A stretch of 64,000 nt of DNA from positions 38,943-102,942 of the forward strand of contig JBARSF010000071.1 of assembly GCA_049644605.1 (NCBI GenBank), written 5' to 3'. A program made the position numbers and the translations under genes. The DNA is from Anaerolineales bacterium (GTDB lineage: Bacteria > Chloroflexota > Anaerolineae > Anaerolineales > UBA11858). The stretch's first letter is position 1, and each line of letters begins with the position of its first letter. This document shows, in pieces, positions 46,953 to 58,638 of this stretch. The notes under the pieces were generated by a model that saw only the letters and a list, made by a program, of their open reading frames with translations, ran no database searches and was not told the origin of the DNA.

Positions 46953-47432
46953 ATGGATCTCTCTCAGGAAGACCGGGAGTTAATCCTGTTGGAACATATC
47001 GCTGAAGACCCTGACATCAACCAGGCTACCCTGGCAGAGATGCTTGATGTTGCGGTAGGGACTGTTAATTGGCATATAAAAAGATTAGTATCGAAGGGTT
47101 ATGTAAAAGCCAAACGGGCTCAGAGGAAAAAACTTCGCTACATTATCACTCCCTCAGGGATTGCTCTGCGGGCGAAATTAACCATGCAGTATATTGAGAA
47201 TCAAATGAGATTGTACAGGGAGACCCGTCAGAAAGTTAAAGAGCTGCTCGGTGAAGCCCGTCAGGCAGGATACCAGAAGGTTAGAGTGGTTGGAGATAGC
47301 GAAATCGCCGATGTTTGTCGATTAACCTGCCTGGAACAGGGATTTGAAGTGAGTGACCTGGAAGAGATACCCGTTCTAGAGGTTCAAGGGTATTCGGTAC
47401 AGCTTATGAAGGAAAAAGAACCCGGTGTATGA
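46953..47432 (+). CDS. Winged helix-turn-helix transcriptional regulator (MarR/ArsR-like wHTH)
   Basis: INQATLAEMLDVAVGTVNWHIKRLVSKGYV is a typical HTH plus wing. It is followed by a coiled-coil-like helix and a small C-terminal domain. ATG 46953 chosen, with GGAG upstream. Confidence 0.75.
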   Translation: MDLSQEDRELILLEHIAEDPDINQATLAEMLDVAVGTVNWHIKRLVSKGYVKAKRAQRKKLRYIITPSGIALRAKLTMQYIENQMRLYRETRQKVKELLGEARQAGYQKVRVVGDSEIADVCRLTCLEQGFEVSDLEEIPVLEVQGYSVQLMKEKEPGV

Positions 47433-47490
47433 AAAAGTTGGTTGTCCGCTGCTCGGGCTGCCTGAATTTAATAGATAAAAGGAAAAATTC

Positions 47491-48558
47491 ATGAAAAAAG
47501 CAATTATTACTGGCATTACTGGACAAGATGGATCCTACCTGGCGGAATTGCTGCTCCATAAAGGATATGAGGTTCACGGTGTTATCCGTCGGGCGAGTAC
47601 TTTTAACACCCGCAGACTGGATCATCTCTATCGGGATCCGCATAATGGTGAAGCAGTAAAGTTATATTTACACTACGGAGATCTTTCCAGCTCAAATAGC
47701 CTGGAACGAGTGATTCATGAGGTTCAACCGGATGAGGTTTATCATCTTGCTGCCCAGAGTCATGTCCGGGTCAGTTTTGATATGCCGGAATATACTGGGG
47801 ATGTATCCGGTTTAGGTACAATCAGAATTTTAGAAGCAATCCGCCGCTCCGGGATTAAGACCCGGTTTTACCAAGCCTCAACGAGCGAGTTATTTGGCAG
47901 CGCTGAGCCGCCCCAGAACGAGGATACACCATTCCAGCCCCAAAGTCCTTATGCAGCAGCTAAATTATATGCTTTCTGGGTGACCCGAAATTACTCTCAG
48001 GGATACGGTTTGTTTGCTTGCAATGGAATCTTGTTTAATCATGAATCTCCCCGGCGAGGTGAGACCTTTGTAACCAGAAAAATCACCCAGGCGGTTGCCC
48101 GTATCAAGGCAGGTATACAGGAGAACCTTTACCTGGGTAACCTGGAATCCAAACGCGATTGGGGATATGCACCTGAGTACGTTGAAGCTATGTGGGCTAT
48201 GCTCCAGCAGGAAGAACCCTATGATATTGTGATTGGCACCGGGGAAGCCCATACAGTCAGGGAATTTGTTCAGGAAGCCTTCGGTTATGTTGATCTTGAT
48301 TATCAAGATTATGTCAAGATCGATCCCAGGTATTTCCGCCCAACAGAAGTGGATTATCTAGAGGCAAATCCTAAAAAAGCGGAGAGGATCCTAAATTGGA
48401 ATCCCCGCGTTCGCTATCATGACTTGGTCAGAATTATGATGGATGCTGACCTGGAATTAGTAGGATTGGACGCACCCGGCGAGGGGAAAAAGATTGTTGA
48501 CGAAAAATTTGATGATTGGCATAACTGGGAAGATCAGGTAGTGAGCATGGGACGGTAA
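47491..48558 (+). CDS. gmd: GDP-mannose 4,6-dehydratase
   Basis: [18 protein letters not shown]-terminus, [17 protein letters not shown], and NHESPRRG motifs. Confidence 0.95.
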   Translation: MKKAIITGITGQDGSYLAELLLHKGYEVHGVIRRASTFNTRRLDHLYRDPHNGEAVKLYLHYGDLSSSNSLERVIHEVQPDEVYHLAAQSHVRVSFDMPEYTGDVSGLGTIRILEAIRRSGIKTRFYQASTSELFGSAEPPQNEDTPFQPQSPYAAAKLYAFWVTRNYSQGYGLFACNGILFNHESPRRGETFVTRKITQAVARIKAGIQENLYLGNLESKRDWGYAPEYVEAMWAMLQQEEPYDIVIGTGEAHTVREFVQEAFGYVDLDYQDYVKIDPRYFRPTEVDYLEANPKKAERILNWNPRVRYHDLVRIMMDADLELVGLDAPGEGKKIVDEKFDDWHNWEDQVVSMGR

Positions 48559-48561
48559 ACT

Positions 48562-49545
48562 ATGAGTAAAAATTTCACTTATCCAAAACCAGAAGACTTT
48601 TGGCAGAATAAACGGGTCTGCATAACCGGGGGTGCCGGGTTCCTGGGATCATTTGTTCAAAAGACTTTAAAAGAACGCGGCGCTGAGGATATTTTTATTC
48701 CAACTATCGAAGAATATGATTTAACCGATATAAAGGATATCCGGCGGGTGTTAAAAAAAGCCCAACCGGATCTGATAATCCACTTGGCAGCACTCGCAGG
48801 CGGGATCGGCGCAAATCGAGCGCGTCCAGCCGAATTCTTTTATCAGAACTTAATGATGGGCATCCCCCTGCTGCATGAAGCCTGGAATGGGGGAGTGGAA
48901 AAATTTGTAGCCATTGGTACGATATGTGCGTACCCCAAATTCACACCTGTGCCATTTAAGGAAGAACATCTCTGGGATGGATATCCGGAGGAAACCAACG
49001 CTCCGTACGGACTGGCAAAAAAGATGCTTTTGGTGCAATCGCAAGCCTATCGGGAGCAGTATGGTTTTAATTCAATCTATTTGCTTCCTGTTAACCTTTA
49101 TGGTCCTCGCGATAACTTTAATCTTGAGACATCCCATGTTATCCCAGCATTAATCCGGAAGATGATTGAAGCAGAAGATCAAAACAAAGATGAGGTTGTC
49201 TTGTGGGGTAATGGATCTCCGACAAGAGAATTTTTCTATGCCGGTGACGCTGCCCGGGGAATTGTCCTGGCAGCAGAACGATATAACTCGAGCGAACCTG
49301 TAAATCTCGGCACCGGGATGGAAATCAGCATCAAGGATCTTGCAGAGCTTATTTCCGAATTGACTGGATTTTCAGGCCGCATAATTTGGGATACCAGCAA
49401 ACCCAATGGTCAACCGAGGCGAGCGTTAGATACTCAACGGGCGAAAGATTATTTTGGTTTTGAGGCGGAAATGCCGTTTAAAGAAGGATTAAAACGGACA
49501 ATCGACTGGTATCAGGACCATAAAAGTGAATTTGCAGCTGGATAA
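48562..49545 (+). CDS. fcl: GDP-L-fucose synthase (GDP-4-keto-6-deoxymannose 3,5-epimerase/4-reductase)
   Basis: [26 protein letters not shown], and [10 protein letters not shown] motifs as in WcaG/Fcl. Immediately follows gmd. Confidence 0.9.
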   Translation: MSKNFTYPKPEDFWQNKRVCITGGAGFLGSFVQKTLKERGAEDIFIPTIEEYDLTDIKDIRRVLKKAQPDLIIHLAALAGGIGANRARPAEFFYQNLMMGIPLLHEAWNGGVEKFVAIGTICAYPKFTPVPFKEEHLWDGYPEETNAPYGLAKKMLLVQSQAYREQYGFNSIYLLPVNLYGPRDNFNLETSHVIPALIRKMIEAEDQNKDEVVLWGNGSPTREFFYAGDAARGIVLAAERYNSSEPVNLGTGMEISIKDLAELISELTGFSGRIIWDTSKPNGQPRRALDTQRAKDYFGFEAEMPFKEGLKRTIDWYQDHKSEFAAG

Positions 49546-49547
49546 GG

Positions 49548-49687
49548 GTGTGGATTTTATTTTTTATCAAGATAGATATCCACAGGAAAAATGAGATTAT
49601 CCAACATTATCAACAGACTTATCCACAGAAACGGAAAGTATAAGCAGAAATAAGGATAAAAACTTGATCCAAAGGTTCTTATCCCCA
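49548..49687 (+). promoter_or_regulatory. Cluster of DnaA-box-like 9-mers in an intergenic region
   Basis: TTATCCACA, a perfect consensus, at 49619-49627. 8/9 matches at 49576 (ATATCCACA), 49607 (TTATCAACA) and 49679 (TTATCCCCA), all in the same orientation. 7/9 matches at 49597 (TTATCCAAC), 49564 (TTATCAAGA), 49549 (inverted) and 49651 (inverted). Confidence 0.45.
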
Positions 49688-49697
49688 TCCAGGATTT

Positions 49698-50597
49698 ATG
49701 AGTACGATTACTATTTTTTCTACACCGAAACCATTTTCGGACCCCCATATTAACATGATCCAGCGAAATGCCATTCAATCCTGGAAACAGCTTGGGGATA
49801 TAGTTGAGGTTTTATTGATTGGTGATGAGCCAGGTTTAAAGGAAGCGGCAGAGGATATCGGAGTTCGGTATATACCAGATGTGGAAAGGAATAAGTTTGG
49901 GACTCCACTGGTTCACTCGATATTTGATCAAGCGAGAATAGAAAGCAGCCATCAAATCCTTTTTTACATCAACGCAGATATTATTCTCCTGCCTGAATGT
50001 GTAATGGTCATCAATTCCATTCATCAGCAGGAAAATGAATTTTTACTTGTTGGAAAACGCTGGGATTTAAATATATCCCGGGAAATTAATTTCGAATCTG
50101 ATTGGGTGGCAGAATTAGAAGCCAGGATTCGGATTGAAGGAAAATTAAGGGCACCATCAGCAATGGATTATTTTGCCTTTCCCCGGCATCAATATCAGAA
50201 TATTCCTCCCTTTGCGATTGGACGAGCTGGATGGGATAACTGGATGATTTACTACGGGAATCAGCAGCCCTGGCCAATTATTGATACTACCCCATCACAT
50301 CGAGTGATTCACCAGAATCATGATTACAGTCATCTCCCTGATGGACAGCCGCATTATGATTTAGAGGAGTCCTACCAGAATATTGCTCTTAGTGGCGGGA
50401 TGGCAGCCATGCATGATCTGCTTGATGTTAACCTCATTTACGAGGGAGGACGGATTCGTAAGAAGCGCCTTACTATTCCTCGCCTGTTGCGGAAATTGGA
50501 ACGAATAGTGATCCCTGATGAACAAGAAGGTTGGCGTTGGTCCATGACCCGGATCCTTCGCAGAAGCCGCAGAAAGTTATCAAAACTTGGTGGATGA
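49698..50597 (+). CDS. Hypothetical protein, possibly a GT-A-like glycosyltransferase
   Basis: Clean 299 aa ORF abutting the next GT gene. Its layout (short N-terminal beta-alpha start, FYINADIILLPE segment) suggests a nucleotide-sugar-binding fold, but I recognise no family. Confidence 0.5.
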   Translation: MSTITIFSTPKPFSDPHINMIQRNAIQSWKQLGDIVEVLLIGDEPGLKEAAEDIGVRYIPDVERNKFGTPLVHSIFDQARIESSHQILFYINADIILLPECVMVINSIHQQENEFLLVGKRWDLNISREINFESDWVAELEARIRIEGKLRAPSAMDYFAFPRHQYQNIPPFAIGRAGWDNWMIYYGNQQPWPIIDTTPSHRVIHQNHDYSHLPDGQPHYDLEESYQNIALSGGMAAMHDLLDVNLIYEGGRIRKKRLTIPRLLRKLERIVIPDEQEGWRWSMTRILRRSRRKLSKLGG

Positions 50598-51587
50598 ATG
50601 ACTAGATATGGTATGAATCCCGCTCGAAATAAGAATATCAGTTATGCGCCGTCCAGGGTGACAGCAGCCATGATGACCTTTATCCCCAATCTGGAAGGAT
50701 ACTTTACGCATCGGCTGGATGTGCTGAAACTTTCCCTGGAAAGTCTCATTCATTCCCTGAATCGGCAAGCTGATATCATGATTCTGAATAATGGTAGTTG
50801 TGATCTGGTACAGGAATACCTGGAAACTTTACTCGAGCAGGGAAGAATTGATTACTTGATCCATTCCAAAAGAAATCTGGGTGTGATAGGGGGTTTAAAG
50901 GTGGTCTTTAACGCAATTCCAGGCCAGGTTATTGCTTATTCTGATGACGATGTTCTCTATTATCCGGAATGGTTGGATGCTCATCTGAAAATTCTGGACT
51001 CTTACCCTAACGTGGGATTGGTTAGCGGGGCACCTGTGGGGTATTCATCTGAAGGTGCATTTTCTGCAGTAGATCAATTCATTTTCGATACAGCATCAGA
51101 TCTGCAGATCACAGAACATCCCCGGGTCAGTGAATGGGAAAAGGACTGGGCAGAAAGTACGGGAAGATCAATTGAAGATCACCTGGAAAAGGTTATAAAA
51201 ACACCTAATGTACATCTCATATATCGGGGAGTAGAAGCCATCAGGTCTTCCAAGCACTTCCAATTTATCACTCCTAAAGAGATTATCTGTCAGGCATTCT
51301 CTCCGGAATGGAGTGGCAGCCTGATGGATGACCTGGTTTCCCTGGATGAATCAGTTAACCAGATGGGATATCTTCGACTATGCACACCAACCAGGTACGT
51401 GAGGCATATTGGAAATGCGCTCACAGAAGATATAGTTCGGGAAGCAGAAAGATTAAAGATCCCGGTTGGTATTCCGGTAAAGGAGCTGAAAGAGCATGTC
51501 CATTGGCTTCTGCGGATCCCTGGCAGTGGACGGATCCTGTGGCCTGCATACCGCTGGTTGTTTAAAATTTTGCATCATGTAAGGTAA
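50598..51587 (+). CDS. GT-A glycosyltransferase (GT2-like)
   Basis: IMILNNGSCD and AYSDDDVLYYPEWL (DxD region) are typical of family-2-like transferases. Confidence 0.7.
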   Translation: MTRYGMNPARNKNISYAPSRVTAAMMTFIPNLEGYFTHRLDVLKLSLESLIHSLNRQADIMILNNGSCDLVQEYLETLLEQGRIDYLIHSKRNLGVIGGLKVVFNAIPGQVIAYSDDDVLYYPEWLDAHLKILDSYPNVGLVSGAPVGYSSEGAFSAVDQFIFDTASDLQITEHPRVSEWEKDWAESTGRSIEDHLEKVIKTPNVHLIYRGVEAIRSSKHFQFITPKEIICQAFSPEWSGSLMDDLVSLDESVNQMGYLRLCTPTRYVRHIGNALTEDIVREAERLKIPVGIPVKELKEHVHWLLRIPGSGRILWPAYRWLFKILHHVR

Positions 51588-51590
51588 ATA

Positions 51591-52850
51591 ATGCGTATCT
51601 TATGGTTTACAGGCGTCCAATTACCGGCTGTTACCGGAGAAGACCTTAACCGAGCAGGTTGGCAGGAAGGATTAAGGCGGGCTCTTTATCATTCTTATCC
51701 GGAAATTAAATTGGCAATTGCCTCCTTTGGTCCTGACTCCTATCAACCATTTACCGTTGAGAATGCAAGGTACTATAACATCTACCGGCAGCCACCTTCT
51801 AATCAGCGATGGAACCGATTAATGAATAACTGGAAACACACTACTTTTGATGTTGATGAGTTAAAACGCTGTTACGAGGTATACGATCTTGTTCAGCCGG
51901 ACCTGGTGTTTATTTTTGGTACGGAAAACCCATTTGGATTGCTGGTGAGCCAGTTCACCGTCCCCGCCGTGATTTCCATTCAAGCAGTCTTAAACGGATT
52001 GGTGAAAAGGATCTTTTCCGGTTTATCCCTGCGGGAATTGAGTAAGGAATTATTTTCGAGGGAAACACTTGTGGGAAACGGAATCTTTCACAGGTGGTGG
52101 GTATTAAAGAAATATAGCCGAATAGAAAAAATCATTTACAAACAAAACCAGTTATTTTCCGGTAGAACCGACTGGGACAGGGAATGGTTAAGAAGGCTGA
52201 ATTCAGGAGCTCGTTATTTTCACATCGATCGAGTTCTGGGTGAGATCTATTACCAGGCAGAATGGGAGCTTCAAAATAGTGTAGATAACCGGATTTTCTC
52301 CTTATCAAGCAATGCACCGTTTAAAGGTGGAATTACCCTGGTAAGAGCAGTTGCTGCATTAAAGGATCAAGGGAACGAAACAGTTCGACTTAGACTTGCT
52401 GGTGTTGATAAAGAGAGTAATGTAGGTAGACACATTTTGGATTTTGTAGAAAGATACAACCTTCAAAATCAGATAACCATGCTGGGCCGTCTTCAGCCAT
52501 CTGAAATTGTTCAAGAGATGCTGCAAGCCCGATTGTTTGTCCTTCCTTCGCATATGGACAATAGCCCTAATAGTCTAGCAGAAGCGATGCTGTTGGGTAT
52601 GCCTTGTATAGCATCTAACGCCGGCGGCATTCCATCAATGCTTAAAGACAAGGTGGAAGGTGTTTTGTATCCTCATCAGGATATCGCCGCTTTAGCAGAA
52701 GCGATTGATATTGTGCTTGGCGATTCGGACCAGGCGGCAAAACTCGGAAATCAGGCGAGAAGAACTGCATTAATCCGGCACGATCCTGAGAACGTTGCTC
52801 GGGATACTTATCAAATGTATCAGGAAGTTTTATCCCAGTCTCAGATATGA
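51591..52850 (+). CDS. GT-B glycosyltransferase (GT4-like)
   Basis: C-terminal PSHMDNSPNSLAEAMLLGMPCIASNAGGIPSML...EG motif of retaining GT4 enzymes. Confidence 0.8.
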   Translation: MRILWFTGVQLPAVTGEDLNRAGWQEGLRRALYHSYPEIKLAIASFGPDSYQPFTVENARYYNIYRQPPSNQRWNRLMNNWKHTTFDVDELKRCYEVYDLVQPDLVFIFGTENPFGLLVSQFTVPAVISIQAVLNGLVKRIFSGLSLRELSKELFSRETLVGNGIFHRWWVLKKYSRIEKIIYKQNQLFSGRTDWDREWLRRLNSGARYFHIDRVLGEIYYQAEWELQNSVDNRIFSLSSNAPFKGGITLVRAVAALKDQGNETVRLRLAGVDKESNVGRHILDFVERYNLQNQITMLGRLQPSEIVQEMLQARLFVLPSHMDNSPNSLAEAMLLGMPCIASNAGGIPSMLKDKVEGVLYPHQDIAALAEAIDIVLGDSDQAAKLGNQARRTALIRHDPENVARDTYQMYQEVLSQSQI

Positions 52851-52905
52851 GCTTATTAAGGAGGGTTCAGACAGGTTTGAAAAATCCGCAGGAAGTGAGA
52901 TCTAA

Positions 52906-53883
52906 ATGAAGTTCCTTATAGCAGGTTTTGGATCGATAGGACGTCGTCATTTTCGGAATCTCCTGAAACTTGGAGAACGGGAAATTATTTTCTATCGCAC
53001 GGGTCAAAGCACTCTGCCCGGGGAAGAACTTAAGGGATATCCCGTCGAGTCTGATATCCAGGCTGCTTTGTCCCATCGCCCTGACGGGGTGATAATCTCA
53101 AATCCAACTTCGTGTCACCTGGATGTGGCAATTCCTGCAGCGGATATGGGCTGCCACCTGTTAATCGAAAAACCCATCTCCCATTCAATGGATCGTGTAG
53201 AGGAGTTGGAAAAGCTCATTCAGCGAGGACCCTCGAAGGTGCTGGTCGGGTTTCAGTTCCGTTATCATCCAAATCTGAAACAAATTAAGAAATTGCTTGA
53301 TGATCGTGAAATTGGCCAACCATTGGCAGTCCGATCCCATTGGGGAGAATATCTACCTGATTGGCACCCCTGGGAAGATTATCGGACCAGTTACAGCGCC
53401 AGAAAAGACCTGGGTGGCGGGGTTTTATTAACTCTCTGCCATAGTTTTGATTATCTTCACTGGCTTTTTGGACCTCCTGAGGTTTTATGGTCCATTCTGG
53501 GGAATTACAGCGATCTGGACATAGATGTTGAGGATACAGCAGAAGTTGGCTTAATGTTTAACAAGACCATCCTGGGAAGTTTGCACCTCAACTACACTCA
53601 AATTCCAAATAAACATACCCTGGAGATTATCGGCACAAAAGGATCGATCTTCTGGGACTATTATCGAAACACTGTGGATTTATATGTGAGGGAAGAATCT
53701 GGCGAGACCAACAGGACGACTCTCCAAAGCCCTCCTGAATTTGAACGGAACGATCTTTTTTTTGATGAGATGAAACACTTTTTAGAGGTTACCAAAGGAA
53801 ATGCTGAACCTGTTTGCAATCTTCAGGACGGGATTGTTGCCCTTAAAATGGCGCTTCAAGCGAAAACAAAAGGAAGCTCATGA
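52906..53883 (+). CDS. Gfo/Idh/MocA family NAD(P)-dependent oxidoreductase
   Basis: MKFLIAGFGSIGRRH Rossmann N-terminus and the LLIEKPIS motif. Confidence 0.85.
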   Translation: MKFLIAGFGSIGRRHFRNLLKLGEREIIFYRTGQSTLPGEELKGYPVESDIQAALSHRPDGVIISNPTSCHLDVAIPAADMGCHLLIEKPISHSMDRVEELEKLIQRGPSKVLVGFQFRYHPNLKQIKKLLDDREIGQPLAVRSHWGEYLPDWHPWEDYRTSYSARKDLGGGVLLTLCHSFDYLHWLFGPPEVLWSILGNYSDLDIDVEDTAEVGLMFNKTILGSLHLNYTQIPNKHTLEIIGTKGSIFWDYYRNTVDLYVREESGETNRTTLQSPPEFERNDLFFDEMKHFLEVTKGNAEPVCNLQDGIVALKMALQAKTKGSS

Positions 53884-54161
53884 AGAAATTAGAACCTCGC
53901 ATACTATTTAGAAACCTGCTGATTGAAATCATCATCTACAGCGCACTGATATTTGGATATTATCTACTTGTCCTGCGCTATTTAGGTGATTGGCTGTTAT
54001 CCATCTTTCAATCAAATCTGGTCCTTTATGCCTTCTCAGGTTTAGGTTTAATTGTCCTTCAGGCAGTATTGCTGTATTTTGTGACATTAGTTTTATTGAA
54101 ATTTATCAAATTGGATCAATTTGGAATCAGGAGAGTATTGGATGTATTTTCCAATCGCTGA
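53880..54161 (+). CDS. Small membrane protein (93 aa)
   Basis: Two to three hydrophobic helices. It overlaps the upstream stop (ATGA) and the downstream TauE gene start. No family recognised. Confidence 0.5.
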   Translation: MKKLEPRILFRNLLIEIIIYSALIFGYYLLVLRYLGDWLLSIFQSNLVLYAFSGLGLIVLQAVLLYFVTLVLLKFIKLDQFGIRRVLDVFSNR

Positions 54162-55047
54162 TGTCACAATCAACCCCATCCTGCTGATGAGTGTAGGCTT
54201 TTTAGTGGGTATTCTGGGTGGTTTTTTTGGCGTTGGGGGAGGGTTTTTGGCAGGCCCGATGATGTTCTGGACTGGTGTGCCGATGAATTTTGTGATCGGA
54301 ACAGACCTGGCGCATATGACTGGGAAATCAATTGTGGCGGCCCGTACCCATCGAGCCCTGGGACACGTGGACCTGAAACTGGGAATGTATATGGTACTGA
54401 GTACTATTGTTGGTGTGGAGATTGGAGCCAGGATCGTTGAAGCACTTCAGGATACAGGAGCAATTGACATTACCATTGGGATCACATACATTGTCATTCT
54501 GGTTTGCATCAGCTTCTTTACTGCCTGGGAAAGCATCCGGGCCATCCAGATGGTCCGGACAGATCAAATTGATGTCAAAGAAGCGATCGGTTTTAAAGGT
54601 TTAGCAAAGCGGATCCAGGCTGTTAATATTCCCCCGATGGTTTCATTCCCGGTTTCTGGTATTGAATGCATTTCGATTTGGATGGTATTAGGTGTAGGCC
54701 TCTTTACGGGATTGCTGGCTGGAAGTCTGGGCGTTGGGGGAGGGTTTATCAGAATGCCAATGCTGGTATATGTGTTGGGGGTTCCAACCCATGTAGCGGT
54801 GGGAACAGATTTATTTGAAATCATATTCTCTTCTGGTTTTGGCACGATCACCCATGCGATTAAAGGAAATGTGGATATCTTAATGGCTCTGGTGATGCAA
54901 ACAGGGGCAGTGATTGGGGCTCAAATAGGCGCAACAGCTACTCGGTTTTTCGCTGGTCCCCGGATTCGTCTGGCTTTTTCTTTTTTGCCGCTTATTGGTG
55001 CAGTACTGGTTGTAATACGATTGGCAGGTAGTGGTTTGATGCATTAA
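54142..55047 (+). CDS. TauE/SafE (TSUP) family anion permease
   Basis: Polytopic protein with the duplicated GGFFGVGGGFLAGPMM / GSLGVGGGFIRMPML signature of the family. ATG 54142 has AGGAGAG upstream. Confidence 0.85.
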   Translation: MYFPIADVTINPILLMSVGFLVGILGGFFGVGGGFLAGPMMFWTGVPMNFVIGTDLAHMTGKSIVAARTHRALGHVDLKLGMYMVLSTIVGVEIGARIVEALQDTGAIDITIGITYIVILVCISFFTAWESIRAIQMVRTDQIDVKEAIGFKGLAKRIQAVNIPPMVSFPVSGIECISIWMVLGVGLFTGLLAGSLGVGGGFIRMPMLVYVLGVPTHVAVGTDLFEIIFSSGFGTITHAIKGNVDILMALVMQTGAVIGAQIGATATRFFAGPRIRLAFSFLPLIGAVLVVIRLAGSGLMH

Positions 55048-55065
55048 GGAGGTTTTAATAATCCA

Positions 55066-55887
55066 ATGAAAATATTGATCTATTTGGATAGTGAGAAATA
55101 TACCCACCCCCCGGTTTTAATGGGAAAGATCATTGCTAAGGCAACCAAAGCCAAGGTAAATGTACTGGTGGTTATTCCGAAAAGTGGACATCCTGAAAAT
55201 GGAGATGCAGTAGCTGACCAGGTTAAGACAGACCTGGAGGGGCTTTCTCCCCGGATCTCTATCAAACAAGGCCGTTCTAGTGAAATCATAAAAGATGAAC
55301 TGCTTCAAGAGCAATATCAGCTGGTGATCACCAATGCTGATCGGATAAACCGCTTCAGGAAATCTGTGGAGGTCGATCCAATATTGATAAAGCAGTCAAC
55401 TATCTCTGTATTGATCACGCAGAACACGAAACCTAAAATTGATAAAATCCTGTTATGTTCGGCATGCAAAGAAGGCGACTTTTCCTTGATCACCCAGGGA
55501 GCAAATTTTGCCAATGATCTGGGAGCTTCGGTGACACTGCTCCATGTTTTTGCTGGTGCAGTGCCGACCATGTATACCGGATTAGATCAAATTGAAGAAA
55601 CAGTTGAAGAAATTTTACAAACCGACACACCCTTTGCCCAGCATCTAAGGCGAGGTGTAGAAATTCTGCAAGATCTGGGCATTAACTCCGAGGTGAAAAT
55701 CCGTCATGGTATCCCCATTGAAGAGATTATCCGGGAAACGCAGTTTAATAACTACGATTTGGTTTTAATCGGTTCATCAAAAGTAAATGAAGGTCTTATA
55801 GAAATGTTATTGGGCAATCTTACTTTGAAAATAATTGATCGAGTGGAATTGCCTGTCCTGGTGATTGGAACCAGGGTCTTAAGCTAA
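55066..55887 (+). CDS. Tandem universal stress protein (UspA family)
   Basis: Two USP-like halves. The second carries VTLLHV, LVLIGSS and LPVLVIG motifs. Confidence 0.7.
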   Translation: MKILIYLDSEKYTHPPVLMGKIIAKATKAKVNVLVVIPKSGHPENGDAVADQVKTDLEGLSPRISIKQGRSSEIIKDELLQEQYQLVITNADRINRFRKSVEVDPILIKQSTISVLITQNTKPKIDKILLCSACKEGDFSLITQGANFANDLGASVTLLHVFAGAVPTMYTGLDQIEETVEEILQTDTPFAQHLRRGVEILQDLGINSEVKIRHGIPIEEIIRETQFNNYDLVLIGSSKVNEGLIEMLLGNLTLKIIDRVELPVLVIGTRVLS

Positions 55888-55985
55888 AACGCTGGAGCGT
55901 GATAATTTACCGTGTATGGTATCATATCCAGTCGATTTTTGAAAAAAAAGACTCCAAATATGGAGAAATAAATTACGAAAATTAG

Positions 55986-57731
<1,746 letters not shown>

Positions 57732-57804
57732 CAGGAAGCAGAAGGATCTGTAGTTACCCGGTTTAAAAAGAAACGGATCAAGTGGAGGCGCAGCAGGTTA
57801 TTGG

Positions 57805-58638
57805 ATGGTGATGAACATGAACGAGATTCAAAAGTTATTTGACCTTACGGATCGGGTTGCAGTTGTCACCGGGGGGGCTGGGTTTCTGGGACAGCAATTT
57901 TCAGAGGCTCTGTCAGAAGCTGGCGCAAACATTGTTATTGCTGATATCAACCAATCTGCTGCAAATGATGCGGCGGATATGCTGAACCGAAAACGTGGTT
58001 CAGCCCTGGGTGTCGGGCTTGACGTGACAGATCCTTCCTCGGTCCAGAATTTGATGGACCAGACCCTGTCAAAATTTGGGCGGTTGGATATCCTGGTCAA
58101 TTCTGCAGCTCTGGATCCAAAGTTCGAACACCAGCATCAATCCCAGCATGTGACTTCTTTTGAGGATTTTCCTCTTCAAGCCTGGCAGGAAGCTCTGGAA
58201 GTAAACTTGACGGGGATGTTTCTGACCTGCCAGTTCGCTGCCAGGGAAATGAAGAAATCTGGAATTGGATCACTGATTAATATCTGTTCTACCTACGGCA
58301 TCACTGGACCAGATCAGCGAATATATGAATCTCTTGGTGAACCCAGGCTGTATAAACCTGTGTATTACTCAGTCAGCAAAGCCGGTGTGCTTGGATTAAC
58401 AAAATATATCGCTACCTACTATGAAGGCACGGAAATTCGCTGCAATGCCCTCACTCCTGGTGGTGTGGAACGGGATCATGCTCCGGCATTTAAGGAAGCC
58501 TACAGCAAAAGAACAGTATTAGGCAGAATGGCATACCCCCATGAGATGAAAGGGGCGGTCGTATTTTTAGCTTCAGATGCTTCCAGCTATATGACCGGAA
58601 CTAATCTTGTGGTGGATGGAGGATGGACAGCATGGTAG
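57805..58638 (+). CDS. Classical SDR family oxidoreductase
   Basis: VTGGAGFLG cofactor motif, NSAA, and YSVSKAG catalytic YxxxK. Confidence 0.85.
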   Translation: MVMNMNEIQKLFDLTDRVAVVTGGAGFLGQQFSEALSEAGANIVIADINQSAANDAADMLNRKRGSALGVGLDVTDPSSVQNLMDQTLSKFGRLDILVNSAALDPKFEHQHQSQHVTSFEDFPLQAWQEALEVNLTGMFLTCQFAAREMKKSGIGSLINICSTYGITGPDQRIYESLGEPRLYKPVYYSVSKAGVLGLTKYIATYYEGTEIRCNALTPGGVERDHAPAFKEAYSKRTVLGRMAYPHEMKGAVVFLASDASSYMTGTNLVVDGGWTAW

